From assembly GCF_964204645.1 (NCBI RefSeq), contig NC_134029.1, positions 24,298,950 to 24,362,949 of the forward strand: a DNA stretch of 64,000 bases, read 5' to 3'. Numbering within the stretch: the first letter of the stretch is position 1; each line of letters starts with the position of its first letter. The DNA is from Tubulanus polymorphus (taxonomy: Eukaryota; Animalia; Nemertea). Made by a program: the position numbers and the translations under genes. Positions 51,524-64,000 of the stretch are shown piece after piece. The notes beneath the pieces are model-generated. The model ran no database searches and was not told the origin of the DNA. It saw only the letters and a program-made list of their open reading frames with translations.

Positions 51524-54500
51524 AATAATACTGAGCGATTTAAAAAAAAAGGTTTAAAATATGACAATTATTCAGAGCGTTCTAGGTTTAATCCGTAATA
51601 AATGGCTGTTCTTGGAAAGAGTGTCCAATCTGCCGCATTAAGGGCTATGTGTTTGTGCTCTTATGGTCGTTTTAAATCGTTAATAAAACAAATCCATTTC
51701 CATCCGATGTTTTATATTACACTGGACGGTCTGTAGAATACATGTATTAAATTCGCTGTAATATTAATGGCGGTTTATGTACGCAATAAAATATACTAAT
51801 CATGATCGTTTAGAATGTAATGAAATAAAATAACCCCTGAAATGGACCTCAAATAATTCAATCGGAAAATTGCTCGGCACTTTTATATTTTAAATGTTTT
51901 AATTTACTCAACTACTGCTGATATCAGGGATATCAAATGCGATATCTATTACAGCATTATGTCGTGTCGTTTGAGTTTCATATTCAATATTCTCGAGATA
52001 GAGAACGAGAGAGTGAGGGGGAGAGGAAAGTGAAAGTAAGAGAGGGGAGAGAGGAGAGAGATTGGAGGGACAGTGAGAGGAGAGGGGAGAGAGGAGAGAG
52101 ATGGGAGGGACAGTGAGAGTAGAGGGGTGAGATAGTGAGGGTGAGAGAGAGTGATAGTGATAGTGACATACGATGCGACGAGCGCCTGATTCTCAGCGAT
52201 TGTCAGTTACAGATATATGAACCATTAAACACGTTCAATAACCCGTCACAATGTTGTTGATGCATTGATTCAAATATTGCCGTTCGATATTTGAATTGTC
52301 GATGATTACAGCAATTTTCATAGTGATTATTACGGAATTTGAATCCATTTCTAAGCGCATTACGCTGCAGGCAATGGACACTGAGAACTAACCCTCAAAT
52401 ATACAATATCTGGCGTTCGCGTTATTTTCGGAGCCATCCGCCGAAAGAGCAAAATAGCAAAGAATTTCGGCGAGGCTATATACGCATTCTTTTTCTTATC
52501 TCTGACGTTGATTTGAGATGAACGTGGAAAATGTATAGGGTTCGTTTGTTATCATATCGAATGGTGGTAACGTCAAGCAGTGGGGTAAACCGCATAGTTG
52601 CCATACATACTCAATCACGGCTCATCAATAACAACAATTATACATGTTTATAGGCGACTCGTTCGCTATTCAGCTGATGGGTTTTCTATAATATCAGGTG
52701 TTTTCCAGGTGGTATTTTTCATGTTCGACAAGCGGGAAGGAAAACAAAAAAACCATGCGAAATATATCAGATCAATCCCTTACATAGTATCGCCCTTACT
52801 GAACCGGTTCAAATGATATTCACAAAACAGAGTTTGTTAAAATCGACCTCTACGACGACGAAGTCGATTCCTCGGAAGTATCATTTTCATAACTGAACAT
52901 CTCAATCGATACTGTTATGTTTATTTTCTAAAATTAAAATATTTCAATAAAGTATATTTAAAAAAATATCTACTAAAAATATATATTCGATATCGAAGTA
53001 ACTGATAGACTATGATTTTTTTGAATCTGCTTGCGGTGTTTAGAAATAGAAGCTCTCATCTCCGGGAAAATCTTTAGATACAATTCCAGTGCTATAAATT
53101 ACATTTGTTCATCTATTTTAGATTTATTGATTTGAACGAATAGAATTTCAGAACCTTAGCGAACGTCGATTCAGTTTACGGTGCAATTTTGAGTACATGT
53201 TCATTTTTCTCGTATTTCCAACCGTATATTTTATTAACGCTTTTAGAAACGGACAGAAAACTGAAAATAACTTTCTAAGCGAAATGCCCGTAACATTAAT
53301 TAGTTACATTAATAAAATCGCCTGATATTCAGAAAAAAAAATTATCATAATCTTGAGGTTGTATTATAATGATTATTAATAACAGTTTGTAACTAAGAGG
53401 ATTCCACTCCGGTAATGGTGTTAGAATATGAGATTTTAATGGGATTGTCAGCACAGAAAACACGTTTATTCAGAGGAATTTGAGACAATAATTTGCCTCG
53501 CTACTGGACGCCAATTAGGCCTACTAAGCAGTTATTACCCTTTTAACCACGTGTTGACAGTGAATGTTTCGGCTGAATGTATTTTGAAGTTATCGCCACC
53601 AGATGTTGAAAATAAATATGTGTCCGAATAATTTTGCGTTTGACCGGTGACGCGTGGAAGGATTTTCCGTAGTGCGAAAATCGGCACAATTGAGCGATAC
53701 GCAGTTGTAATCAGGCTCTCAAGCGAGCAATAAATAAAACATCTGTCCAATTGGCGCGATGCATTGATCATCGAAACAGCAGCTGTAATATGCGTGGAAT
53801 AGCTTACAAAAATATTTCACTGTTTCGCACGAGCGGTCTATTCGTGTATGTGTCCGCGTGTTATAGTCACCCTGCAGTGAAATAAATGAAAATTGAGCAC
53901 ATCTGGTAAATAATTACTATATTCGATTGAGTCGAATAAAACTACGTCGTATAGTTTTGAAAATGATACGATACAACGACGTGGAATTTGTTACGTAATA
54001 TATTTACTCAGTAGCAGGATATAATAACAGTTAGTGCTATGTGACGGAAGTAGACAGAATCATTATGTTGTTTACATGCGGAAGAAATAAAGTTATCATT
54101 ATTACAGGACTTGTCCTATATGATTATTTGATGATTAGCAATTACATGATTCCAGTGTTTAATCAAACAAATTCCACTGAGACTTTTTACCAAATGATCG
54201 TCCCAATGCAGCGGCAAAACATACATAATATGTCACTTTCCGATTTCAAAATCAAACCCCCTGTTTCGCTCCCGGCAGGTGTGGTGGGTCTGTAAGGGAC
54301 ACTCAATCGAAAAATCAAACAAAATTTACCAGCCAAATAAATAAATAATGGGGACAATCCCTATTTTAAGATCCAAAAAAAAAAGAAAAGAAATGCAAAT
54401 CCTACACATTGGATCTTGTCCTGTCCATTTTCTAACGGTTTCCGGATCTGATGATGACGGAATTTAGTCGCCAAAATCCATAAAAGGTTTCGAAATTCAA

Positions 54501-56636
54501 CAGTGGGATTTTCTATTTTATTTACAAGCCCTATGAAGGCAACGATAAGTCTACCGACATGTAACTGGTGCAGCTAACAAAGAGAAGATTCATCCAGTTA
54601 TCGGAATGAAGAAATTTACAACGCAAGAAAAGTGAGTGGATAGAACGTAACCGGAATATAAACTTCAGTACCAGGTTTAACAGTTCTGCGTTAGAATTTG
54701 AATTTCATTTAAAATGAACTAATTTAAAATTAAAGGGTTAGCTCTAACTCATTACCGTTGAAATGGATCCTGAAGCCTATGTCTCATTCAGACTTGGTGC
54801 AAGTCGGCGAATACCTGAGTGAAATTGAAATCTGTCATCAACCACTCGATATCTAGATTCAATTTTACACCTAATCACTTCAATCACTTGCATCCACGTT
54901 ACGTTCAAGTATATCGTATAACACTATAGTAATTAATGAAATTGGTAAATTTACTAAATCAGCTACGACTTCAGGATTGACTGGGTTTACGGGAATATTC
55001 GGTCAGGAGGCGGAGTTTCTCAATGAAATTACCTGCGATCGCGACTGATCTAACCGAATAACGCCTGCAAACCCGATCAACTGAAATTAGTAACGTACAC
55101 ATCAACAATATGGCGCCCACGTAGAGCCGCTAAAAACATTTCCATCGAAGGAAATTCAATCTGTTTACGGTGTTGATAACTGTATTTACCAGACTCTCAA
55201 ACGCGATGATATTTTATTCAGAATATTTACCAAAGGCGCAATCTTAAAGTATCAGACACTCAAAATGTTATTCCGGCTCTCAAGTCGACCGGAGATGTGG
55301 GAGGGGTATGTGTCATCGAGCAATGGCATTTAACTGTATCCCAAAAGTGTTCAAATATACTTTCAGTAAGGTGGTAGTCGAGTCTGAATATTTATGCAAA
55401 TCAAAACGGACACGCTTATCAGTTTAACGTACACGTGACACCCGAGTCCTGTTACGTGGTAAAATGCAGCACCATAGCCTCGGAATAACAAAATATTGAA
55501 ATTCTATTGCTCAAATCTCTATTGTCGCAGTGTTCATCTTTTTAGTACATGAATTTGATTAATAGTGCTCCAGAGGTTTGCGTACAACATACCCAGTGAA
55601 GATGTCGAAACTGGTCGATTGTAAAATAAATACTGACGTTGTTATACGTTTAATGAGAAAACCATGAAATTATGATTAATCAAATGATTGTGGAATTTGG
55701 AATTATCAATAAAAAAGTATTGACTTTGATAAAACATTGTTTCAGTGAAAATAAAAAGCCTTGTTCATGCATCACGATATACCGAGTTTTGTTTGAGGTG
55801 TGTGGCAAGGTTGCATTTCAGGGTACATAAATATAAATACAGTTTAGTTTTTCATATGTTATCCCTCAAAATGATTATTTATCTTACTCTGAGATCAACG
55901 ATATATACGAATAGATATGAATACATATGTTGATACGGCGGTTGTTTTGAAAAAGCTCCTTTCTCCTGTGACCTAAGATATTTGTGATATTTAATGTTAT
56001 GCTACGATCCTATTTCGGGTTCGTATTACACTCGCTTTTATCCATTTTCCATGCTTGATAAAAAGCACATTTGAGAATATCTTTTATACTACCAATAAAA
56101 TGCTCAACGGTGCCCTGTACGATCCCTTAGAGAACTATTAATGGGTTCGGGAAACATCGGAAGCCGAGTTGTACCGCCGATAACACAATAGCTGTTTTTA
56201 GTGAGAAAATAAGCAGTATGAATAAACTGTTTAATTAAACGAAAATGCAGTGATAACACAGCGATTCGCTGTTCGCATACAAACCAGATTTTAAACCCCC
56301 CTATTCTTCACATAGGTTTTCACTTAACAGAAACACTATCGAATTTGTTCTGTGATATCTCAAGTGAATTTAGCGGATTTCAAATGTCTGCACAGATACC
56401 CGCAACATTTCCCTGAATCCATTACAAGTTGATTATGAACAGACAGAAAAATCCAATTAAACCATCCCTTAATCCATTACATTTCATAACATACCATTAT
56501 CATACAATTAAACTATCCAAATATGGCTATATACAAATAGTTTGAATATCGTTATACCATAAGTTTAAACGACTCGCGGCAGAGAAGTTCATGTAATGTG
56601 AAATTAACACGTTAACAGAAAGGTGCTAAAACTTAC

Positions 56637-56706
56637 CGGTACACGAAAGGAAGAACAGCCACAGTACTGCAATTTTTATGACCAGTAACTTCCGATGCAT
56701 TGTCAT
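56637..56706 (-). CDS. CHRNA10-like: nAChR alpha9/10-like exon 1 (signal peptide); not in the ORF track
   Basis: Encodes (MT)MHRKLLVIKIAVLWLFFLSCT-G with a phase-1 donor G|GTAAGT that matches the phase-1 acceptor of exon 2. An in-frame stop lies just upstream, and a CpG-rich region sits at ~56930-57120. The start could be 56706 or 56700. Confidence 0.75.
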
Positions 56707-59700
56707 CCTTCATTATCTATACACGCAGAAACTTTGTTTGCAACACGCGACCGCAGTTTTTTTTTCAGATTCACCTCCACAAAACCTAGAGCGCCGTACA
56801 GAGGGATATGAATCTACTACGTCACTTATCCTACGCTATTCCGTAAGATTTCAGCGTCGTCGATGAAAAAGCCATATGCTTATTGCTATTGTGCGAAAAG
56901 TATCTGTCCGATCAATGTACTCATTCTACAACCACCCGAGATCCGCGTTCGTATTATCTAGTTCCAGCTTTTATTCCGAGGTGGCGCCAGGGGTTAAAAA
57001 GTTTCTCGCGCGCGCCAGAAATTCATCCGCGACGCCGAGGCGCGCATTCGATCGAATAAATACTTCCGATACGCGGAATAACTCCCGGTTTCGCTTGCAC
57101 TCACGATAATCGCGTCATTAATATCGTATTTCGTGAATAGCTTATACACATATGTATTTTTTCTGGTAACTTCTGATTGGCATATTGCCAAACACACGTA
57201 GCCGGCATCGCTCAAAACATTATTTCAGCAGATAAAATAGCGCGGATTGTTTTCATAGATTTTTTTTCGTCCCGGTTTTTGTTTCTATTTCGCGTGACGA
57301 TAGATAATGAATATACTGTTCCAACGCAACGATAAAACTCGGTTTCCCTCAGATTTTCTTTTCTATTTAGAAAATTATCTCTCCCGCAAAAATGCTATAT
57401 CTACACGGAAGAGAAGATAATCCTATCGGCGGATAACAAAAACGACCGGTATTTTATTGGCGTCAAATACAGCTGTTGCGATCACGTGACAGATGCTATA
57501 AAGCCCTCGTAGGTCACGAACGTCTTATCGAATAGAACTTACATTTCACACGTTATTAAAAACTTGCTGATATGCATCATGCGCCGCCGATAAAACGACT
57601 CGACGTGAACTCTTCCAAATCGTAATCTCAGTCGAAACTTGTCGGTGCTTCTTCGAAAACCCTTGAATCGCTATCGAAATGCGTGTTCGATATCGAAGAA
57701 TTGTCGCAGAGAGAAGCCGAGTGCTCCCACTTGTGAAAGGTTGCATTTTGATTACTTTATAAACAGTATCCACGAGTAAGCATTAACTAGGTTGCGCAAT
57801 CGAATCAATAGTTCGGTCCTGATAGACACTCGATCCATATGAAAATAAATCGATAAATGATGATGATGATGAAGATGATGATGATAAAAAGTAAATATGA
57901 CTTGATAACCCAGTCACTATGTATGGTCAAGGGTTTATAAACAGAGTATAGAGTGTTCTTAAGCGTTATTATTCACGTGCCAGTGTTTATTGGAACTTTT
58001 CTTACTGCAGTACAAAATTCCAATAAACAATAAGTTTGCATCATGAAGTATGGGTTCAGTTTACTATTGAATGAGACCTTAATGCAAATCAAGCGCTTCT
58101 TAAAATCAGTTCTACCTGAAACCTTCAACTTGAAACTGGGCCCATGAAACATGCACGTATCAAACTTTTGAGTGTCTTCTTTTTTCTATCTGTATCTATT
58201 TTATCCGTCTGTTTTTATATTACTCTTTGTCGACAAGTTGCTAAAATTCGTCATTTCAGAAATTTGAATCGAATTCAAATGGATTTGAAAGTTACGACTA
58301 TCAGCGGTTTATACAGAGACAGCTTGACGTCGATGTTGTCAAATTATTGCGACGGAATTATCAGATCCGTCTAAATATCACCACAAGACGAATCCATAGT
58401 AAAGCCGCTGAAGTATCGTTAATTAGCAATATTAATTAGTCTTAATTGAGTTGTTACAACACGCAGTATGAGCTAGCGCCTCGAGCAGGTCCAGTTCTAC
58501 CACTAATTACGTACATTTCTCATGAAGCTGAGAATTGATCGAAAACTAAACGTTTCATGATATTAGAATTCGCGAATTCGTTATTATTTGAAAAATCATT
58601 TCAAAATCGTCTCGAAGACAATGGTGTTTTTCTTGAATGAATCTTTCATTCATATTTCAGATTTTAATCGTACCAAAACTCCAGCGCTGGGATTCATAGA
58701 TGTGGAAGAAAAATAGTCCCTGGGAAATGTGTCAGTTATAAACCATGGTTTTTCATTGTTACTATAGTCGTGGGTTGTCACCCAGATTGAGGATTTACTC
58801 CTAGGTATAACTTTGATACTCAGTCTGTGAAACCGGGCCCAAGTCTATTGGATAAGCTCGTCGTGTTGTTACACTTTCACTGCGGTACTTGACGGTGCTG
58901 CCACAAGAAATAGATTCATCTCTTCATTTTGTGATACGAGTCACTTATTTCCAACAAAGAAAAAACAGAGAAAATCTATGTAGAATTCGAGGTTAGAATT
59001 CGCTATCTCCATCAGAGGTTCAGACAAACACTGATATATTCAGAATGACGGAGCAACATCAAAAACTAGACTCGATAATTCGGCAGCCAGTGGGATCGAT
59101 TCGGATCGATAGGGAACGTCAGCAAACTCTGTGGACTATGAATTATCCCCCACTGATCAGATATCGTAACACCATTAAAGCTCATCAATGAAAATGATGT
59201 AGTTGTCAATTTATGAAGAAACGCTTCGTTTTTCCGTCCAGGGACCCATATAAAACTACTCGGAAACCATCATCGAGAATGCTGCCACATAAAATATCAG
59301 AGAATTTTTATTTCGCGCGTTCAAATAATAACAGACCCATCAATTGCGAAAGTTTGACCAATACAAACACTTCATCTCGGATCAAATATAATTCTTTCTC
59401 TTTCTGTCACTTTTACTTGGTGGGTAATATATCATCAGAGTGTATCTCATAGCTTCTTTTTAAAAAGAGGGTTTCATCGGATCTTAACTCTTCAGATCCA
59501 TAACTACTTCTCCCTTTTGCGTATGGAATCTTGGTTCGGCGGTTCAACTACAAAGTCAGATAGGACTGGACAGATTTGACCCAGCGGTGGAAATTTCACA
59601 ATTACCCAAATAAAACTCAACAAACTCGAATGATCTACAAAATATTAATGCGGTTTCTTTTTATTTTGTAAAGTGATAAAGTAATACAGTTTACATGATA

Positions 59701-61361
59701 CAGTATTTTAGAGGGACATCGTGTATTGTGGTGTATCGACAATTCGTTTGGTGAAATATTCTGAGATTTTAACTAACATACAATTTAACTATATACACAT
59801 CTATAACACACGTACATACTAACTTGGAGCGTGGAGAAATCATTTGATTACTCCAAGCTTGGAGAAATTATTTGACAACCGATTACTCCAAGATAGTCTT
59901 AATAACCGACGAGAAAGATCTGCGAAGATTCTTATTTCAACATTCTCATATAATTCAAGGACTCGAACCCAAACTATTTTCAGAAATATTTGTTCACGCA
60001 GAGGGTCCAAGTCTTTGATTTAAGGTTTACATATTAGGACTTCAAATCATAATAACGTAAAATTAACTAATTATTACACAGTAAAGACGTGACACCCACA
60101 ACAACTGGATCAAGACCAACCTCTCCAGCATTAGGCCTACTGGTTTTCTTTTTGAAAGACCGTTCAGAAAAAAACGACCATTTATCAATCGATATATCAC
60201 TCACCCGAACGACATTCTATTAATATTGCACCAAATAATTTTATCTACGGAAAATATAATGGTAATCAGTAAGATGTAATAACACCATTAACTCATAGAG
60301 TTTATTTATCTTACAAACAACACAATAATCAAAACTCATACAGTTTGATACCTTACAATAACAAGGAGTTCCTGCGTAGATTTCTCTTCTGCGAATGCGA
60401 GTGACAAGTGACTGGTCTCTTTTACTCTTTGAGAATATGCTTTAAGACGTGCTCGCCAATGATCATCGTGCTTCATAAGGACACGAACGACGTGATAAGG
60501 CGAAGTTGAAGAAAAGAACGGTTTACTCGCTCGACTTGCATTCCTCGCTGAGACAATACGACACACACGACCCAGAAATCATTCAAGTTTCATCGGTATT
60601 GATGCATCATACTGTTACTTGAAAATCGTAAAAATAACTCTATTTTACATATTGTGTGCCTTTGCATAATATTATCCAAATCTTAATCATTTAATGTTAG
60701 AAATATTCAAAACTCTGGGTTCATTTAGTTATAAGTGTAGCTAGAAAAGGCTATAGAAAGTTTCATTATTCGAGATTTCGGAGCTTATTTTCATAAAGTA
60801 AATAGAACTTTGCTTTGTTTTTCTTGAGCACACACATCTCGCTATCTGTACCTAATTTACATATAACTTACACCGAGGTACTAGTTAATATACATGTGTT
60901 TATAGGTGATGACTCTGTTCAACAGAATCTCCTAATAGTCTCTCAGGGACAATAGTTAACCATGCAAAAAACTGATGACGATGATAAGAATTGTGTAGTT
61001 TTATTACCTATTTCACACGTTACGGGAACAATGCCAAATCTAGCAAAAAGGAAATATTATAAGATATGATATAATCATTTACATATTTACAAGATAGATT
61101 TACATATGAATATGAAGTGTTGTCTACTCTCGTAGGAACCATTAGGGATCCCTGAGCCAGACCAAAACCTCGTCAAAATAACATTGCGTGATCCATTCAT
61201 TGCTTTCACTTTTCAATCAGTTCAAGCTCCTTGTATTGAATGCTTTGGATTTAATGGATGCAGAAAATATTGAATGATCATCTGAAATAACCTGGAGTTT
61301 TTGTCCAGGCATATTTCTTTATTGAGTCAAATTGATTTCATTTTGTTTTTAAAGAGTTTAT

Positions 61362-61515
61362 GGCCCAGTTACGCAGTCATGACTCGACTGAAGTCAAAAA
61401 GTAGTCTAAATCATAAAAGCGTCGTCAAAATTGGTTTGAATACTTAGATGGTATTAGGCATAATAAGTTAATTCTGATTGATCTTAGATTGAAGCCTTGT
61501 CTGCGTAACTGACCC
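61362..61515. mobile_element. MITE family C, diverged copy
   Basis: GGCCCAGTTACGCAGTCATGACT...CTGCGTAACTGACCC. Confidence 0.5.
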
Positions 61516-62889
61516 CTGTTTCCCGTTTCGGATATGAATTGATTCGTAAAAGTGAAATCGACTTCGTTAGAAATTCTGCTTCGCTAAAAATGATTCGCGA
61601 CGTTGGCGGTTTGCACGTTTTTGTTACAGCGAAATAAACCACAGCCGTCGAGCTTTATCAAATTTGATACCAGTATTAGATCTCATTCGATACGGACAGT
61701 TATTTACGAGCGACGTGGCAGCTTAAATTCATCAAGTTTCCGAACGAAACGACGTAAAAATAAATATTGCAAGTTTTCTTTAACAGTCACGGATTTCATT
61801 GATCGAATCGAAGCGTGTTGGCAATGAAAATAACGATCAATCAAACCAGCTCGAACCACCGTGGGAATAAACACCTTCGAAAACAATTCCATCCTAGCAG
61901 ATTAGGACAAACACGCGGAATCCAGAATAAACCCCGCACAGAAAGAATGGCGATTATTTTTCATCCACGCGATGTGAATCATTATTCATAATAATCATCG
62001 TTTCAGTAATATCCGTGTTTCTGTGAGAGAACGATTTAAACGAAACGGAATTTATTATTCCATCGTCGCACTGCGCATGCGCGTTTACAGCCATCCGCTT
62101 CATCACGTGACCATGATGCAATATCGGCGGCCATTTGCGTTTGACATCGGAGAAGTCAAAGTGATTACTTCGAGGTGTTACCAAGATCATAAAATGCTAT
62201 GATATCCATACACCACTGGTGCTATGTTTGGTGGCAAGTCAAGAAAGCTCGCCAGGGGTCAATGATGACGTCACTTTGATGCTAGATTGATTTGTGACGA
62301 AAAGAATTTACTAGACAAATCACAAATTCAAAATTATTGAATATTCTTAGAAAAACCCAGTGAAAGTTCAACCATCTCAAATCAATGAATAACCACGATG
62401 CTGAAATGACGTTGATTGAAGAGCGATGAAATTGTGAGCCCGAATTCTTTAAGATAACTGCTATTCGAAACCTCTTCCGCTGTTCGAAGGTCAAGGCAAC
62501 TCTAGACGGTTCCCTACACCGCATTTACAATGTGAATATAGGGTTAGAGTTAGTGCATGATGCTAATAAGTTGAGGAATAGGTATCACGCCAAGCTATCG
62601 TTCATCATCAACCAAAATCTGACTTCCCAGAGGCGGTCATTTCCGACAAGACGTCAACTCGAATTTTCCATGGCGGAAGCATATCTAGCAAACAGGAAGT
62701 CGAGTTGCAGACGATTTTTCACCATTTACGGAATCCGAAGAAAGCGAAGTTATTTGAGGCACTCTCCGGTTCATCCGCTTTCAATCGCACCTCCGAAATA
62801 CCCGACCGAAAACACTCGTCAAAACGTGACCAAACTTCGTTAATTTAATCAAAAAACCGCAACACAGAGATGATCAATCTCCGCATCTG

Positions 62890-63479
62890 TCAATCATCGT
62901 CCGGTATGTGTTTGTTCTTGTACATTGGGCGGAGCAACAAGATGGCAACAGTCGAAACTGTCGTAACTATAAAAAATAACCAAAACAAAAACCGATCGAT
63001 AATAATGGCTATATCCTGCCACTCCCTGATTATGTTAATTTCGAAGTCAGCTTTTTCCTGTTTGTCGATCAGAATTCGTAAATGTCTCACAATTTCGTCG
63101 TCGGTCGAGTTGCGAGGTCGTTGACTGACCGCGTTGACGGTTATATTACCGCGCAGTTCCTTATCGCCGGTATTGTTTATACACGGACCGAGTTTCGTGC
63201 CTTCCCCGTCCGTGCCATCTTTGAACACCGTTCGAAAACTGGAAAACTGATGAGGTCGAAGCATCGGTCTGTCCTCTTCGCTACGAGCTTTTGTCTGAGC
63301 TATTCGTTCGTATTCTTTTTTATGAAGACACATCAGGCGACTGAGTCCGGCTAACACGAGGTATCGCAGCCATTGAGGCGGCCTTTTATCACCTATACCT
63401 TTGTGGTGAATGTTTAGTATAACTACGGCCGATACAACTGATATTGACGTCATCGCCATCACAACTGTCAGATATACAC
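62890..63479 (-). CDS. CHRNA10-like: Second nAChR subunit (tandem paralog), last exon (M3-M4); the rest of the gene lies beyond the window
   Basis: Acceptor gtttcAG at 63481-63480, same phase and position as the exon at 12689. Encodes VYLTVVMAMTSISVVSAVVILNIHHKG...REWQDIAIIIDRFLFWLF. Confidence 0.92.
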
Positions 63480-64000
63480 CTGAAACAAACAAAAAAAAAA
63501 ACAGAAGATATTACAAATTGACGGACGGCTATGAAAACAACAAGTGCAATGTCTTAAATCAAGTGCAAAAAATCTTAATTGCCTTTCCATCCCGCCCTGG
63601 TGAGAGGTCTTGTAATCGGGTTTTCGAAATTTCCGAAGTTCAACGAAGGCTAAAAAAAGGTTTTTCATCGGCATCATAGAAAGGGCTGATGATTCTTCTC
63701 GAGTACCACCACACTTTAGGATATCCGAATTCTCAATGTGTGTGTCATACATGAACTGACATTATCATTGTGTTTGTGATTTTCATCGTATCTATTGGGC
63801 ATGTTTAAATTTTCCCTGTAAGTAGCAGTTCTTTTCTCTTTTTCAATTTGCTAATATCATAGGCTAATATTTTCTTCATTTTTTCCCATACGTAGTCGGC
63901 TAATCCACCAATATCTCCTCCATTTAGAAATATCTGATTCCGGATCTTATTATTGTAGTACGATCTATAAGCCAATAGCGAAACTGAATAATGCCGTATT

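Larger units (their letters stand above)
12079..56706 (-). other. CHRNA10-like: Whole gene model: nicotinic acetylcholine receptor alpha subunit, alpha9/alpha10-like, 6 coding exons, 570 aa
   Basis: Six GT-AG exons join in frame (70+341+45+110+536+611=1713 nt). Product has a signal peptide, Cys-loop CKLDVTYFPFDEQKC, loop C YPCC, M1-M4 and the GEK cation-selectivity motif. Confidence 0.85.

Overview
AT-rich eukaryotic genomic DNA. The gene content suggests a marine invertebrate, probably a lophotrochozoan (inference). Coding content reconstructed by hand from splice sites: (1) the last three exons of a divergent rhodopsin-class GPCR on + (248-431, 781-881, 1169-2448); (2) a complete 6-exon alpha9/alpha10-like nicotinic acetylcholine receptor alpha subunit on - (56706-56637, 25105-24765, 17411-17367, 14448-14339, 13919-13384, 12689-12079; 570 aa) with a 31.5-kb first intron and an unusual acidic N-terminal extension; (3) the last exon of a second, tandem nAChR paralog on - (63479-62890). 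Almost all other ORFs in the track look spurious. The non-coding DNA holds many small repeats. The most notable is a family of 130-270 bp elements carrying minimal hammerhead ribozyme motifs (CTGATGA-stem II-GAAAC[G/A]TY), a conserved 3' stem-loop and 10-12 bp target-site duplications. There are four copies, two as fold-back dimers, and one has an intact ribozyme core in the sense strand of the last nAChR intron. Also present: a ~480-bp inverted repeat pair whose left copy supplies the GPCR stop codon, Harbinger-like MITEs, minisatellites apparently seeded from MITE termini, tRNA-derived SINE heads and many tandem repeats.
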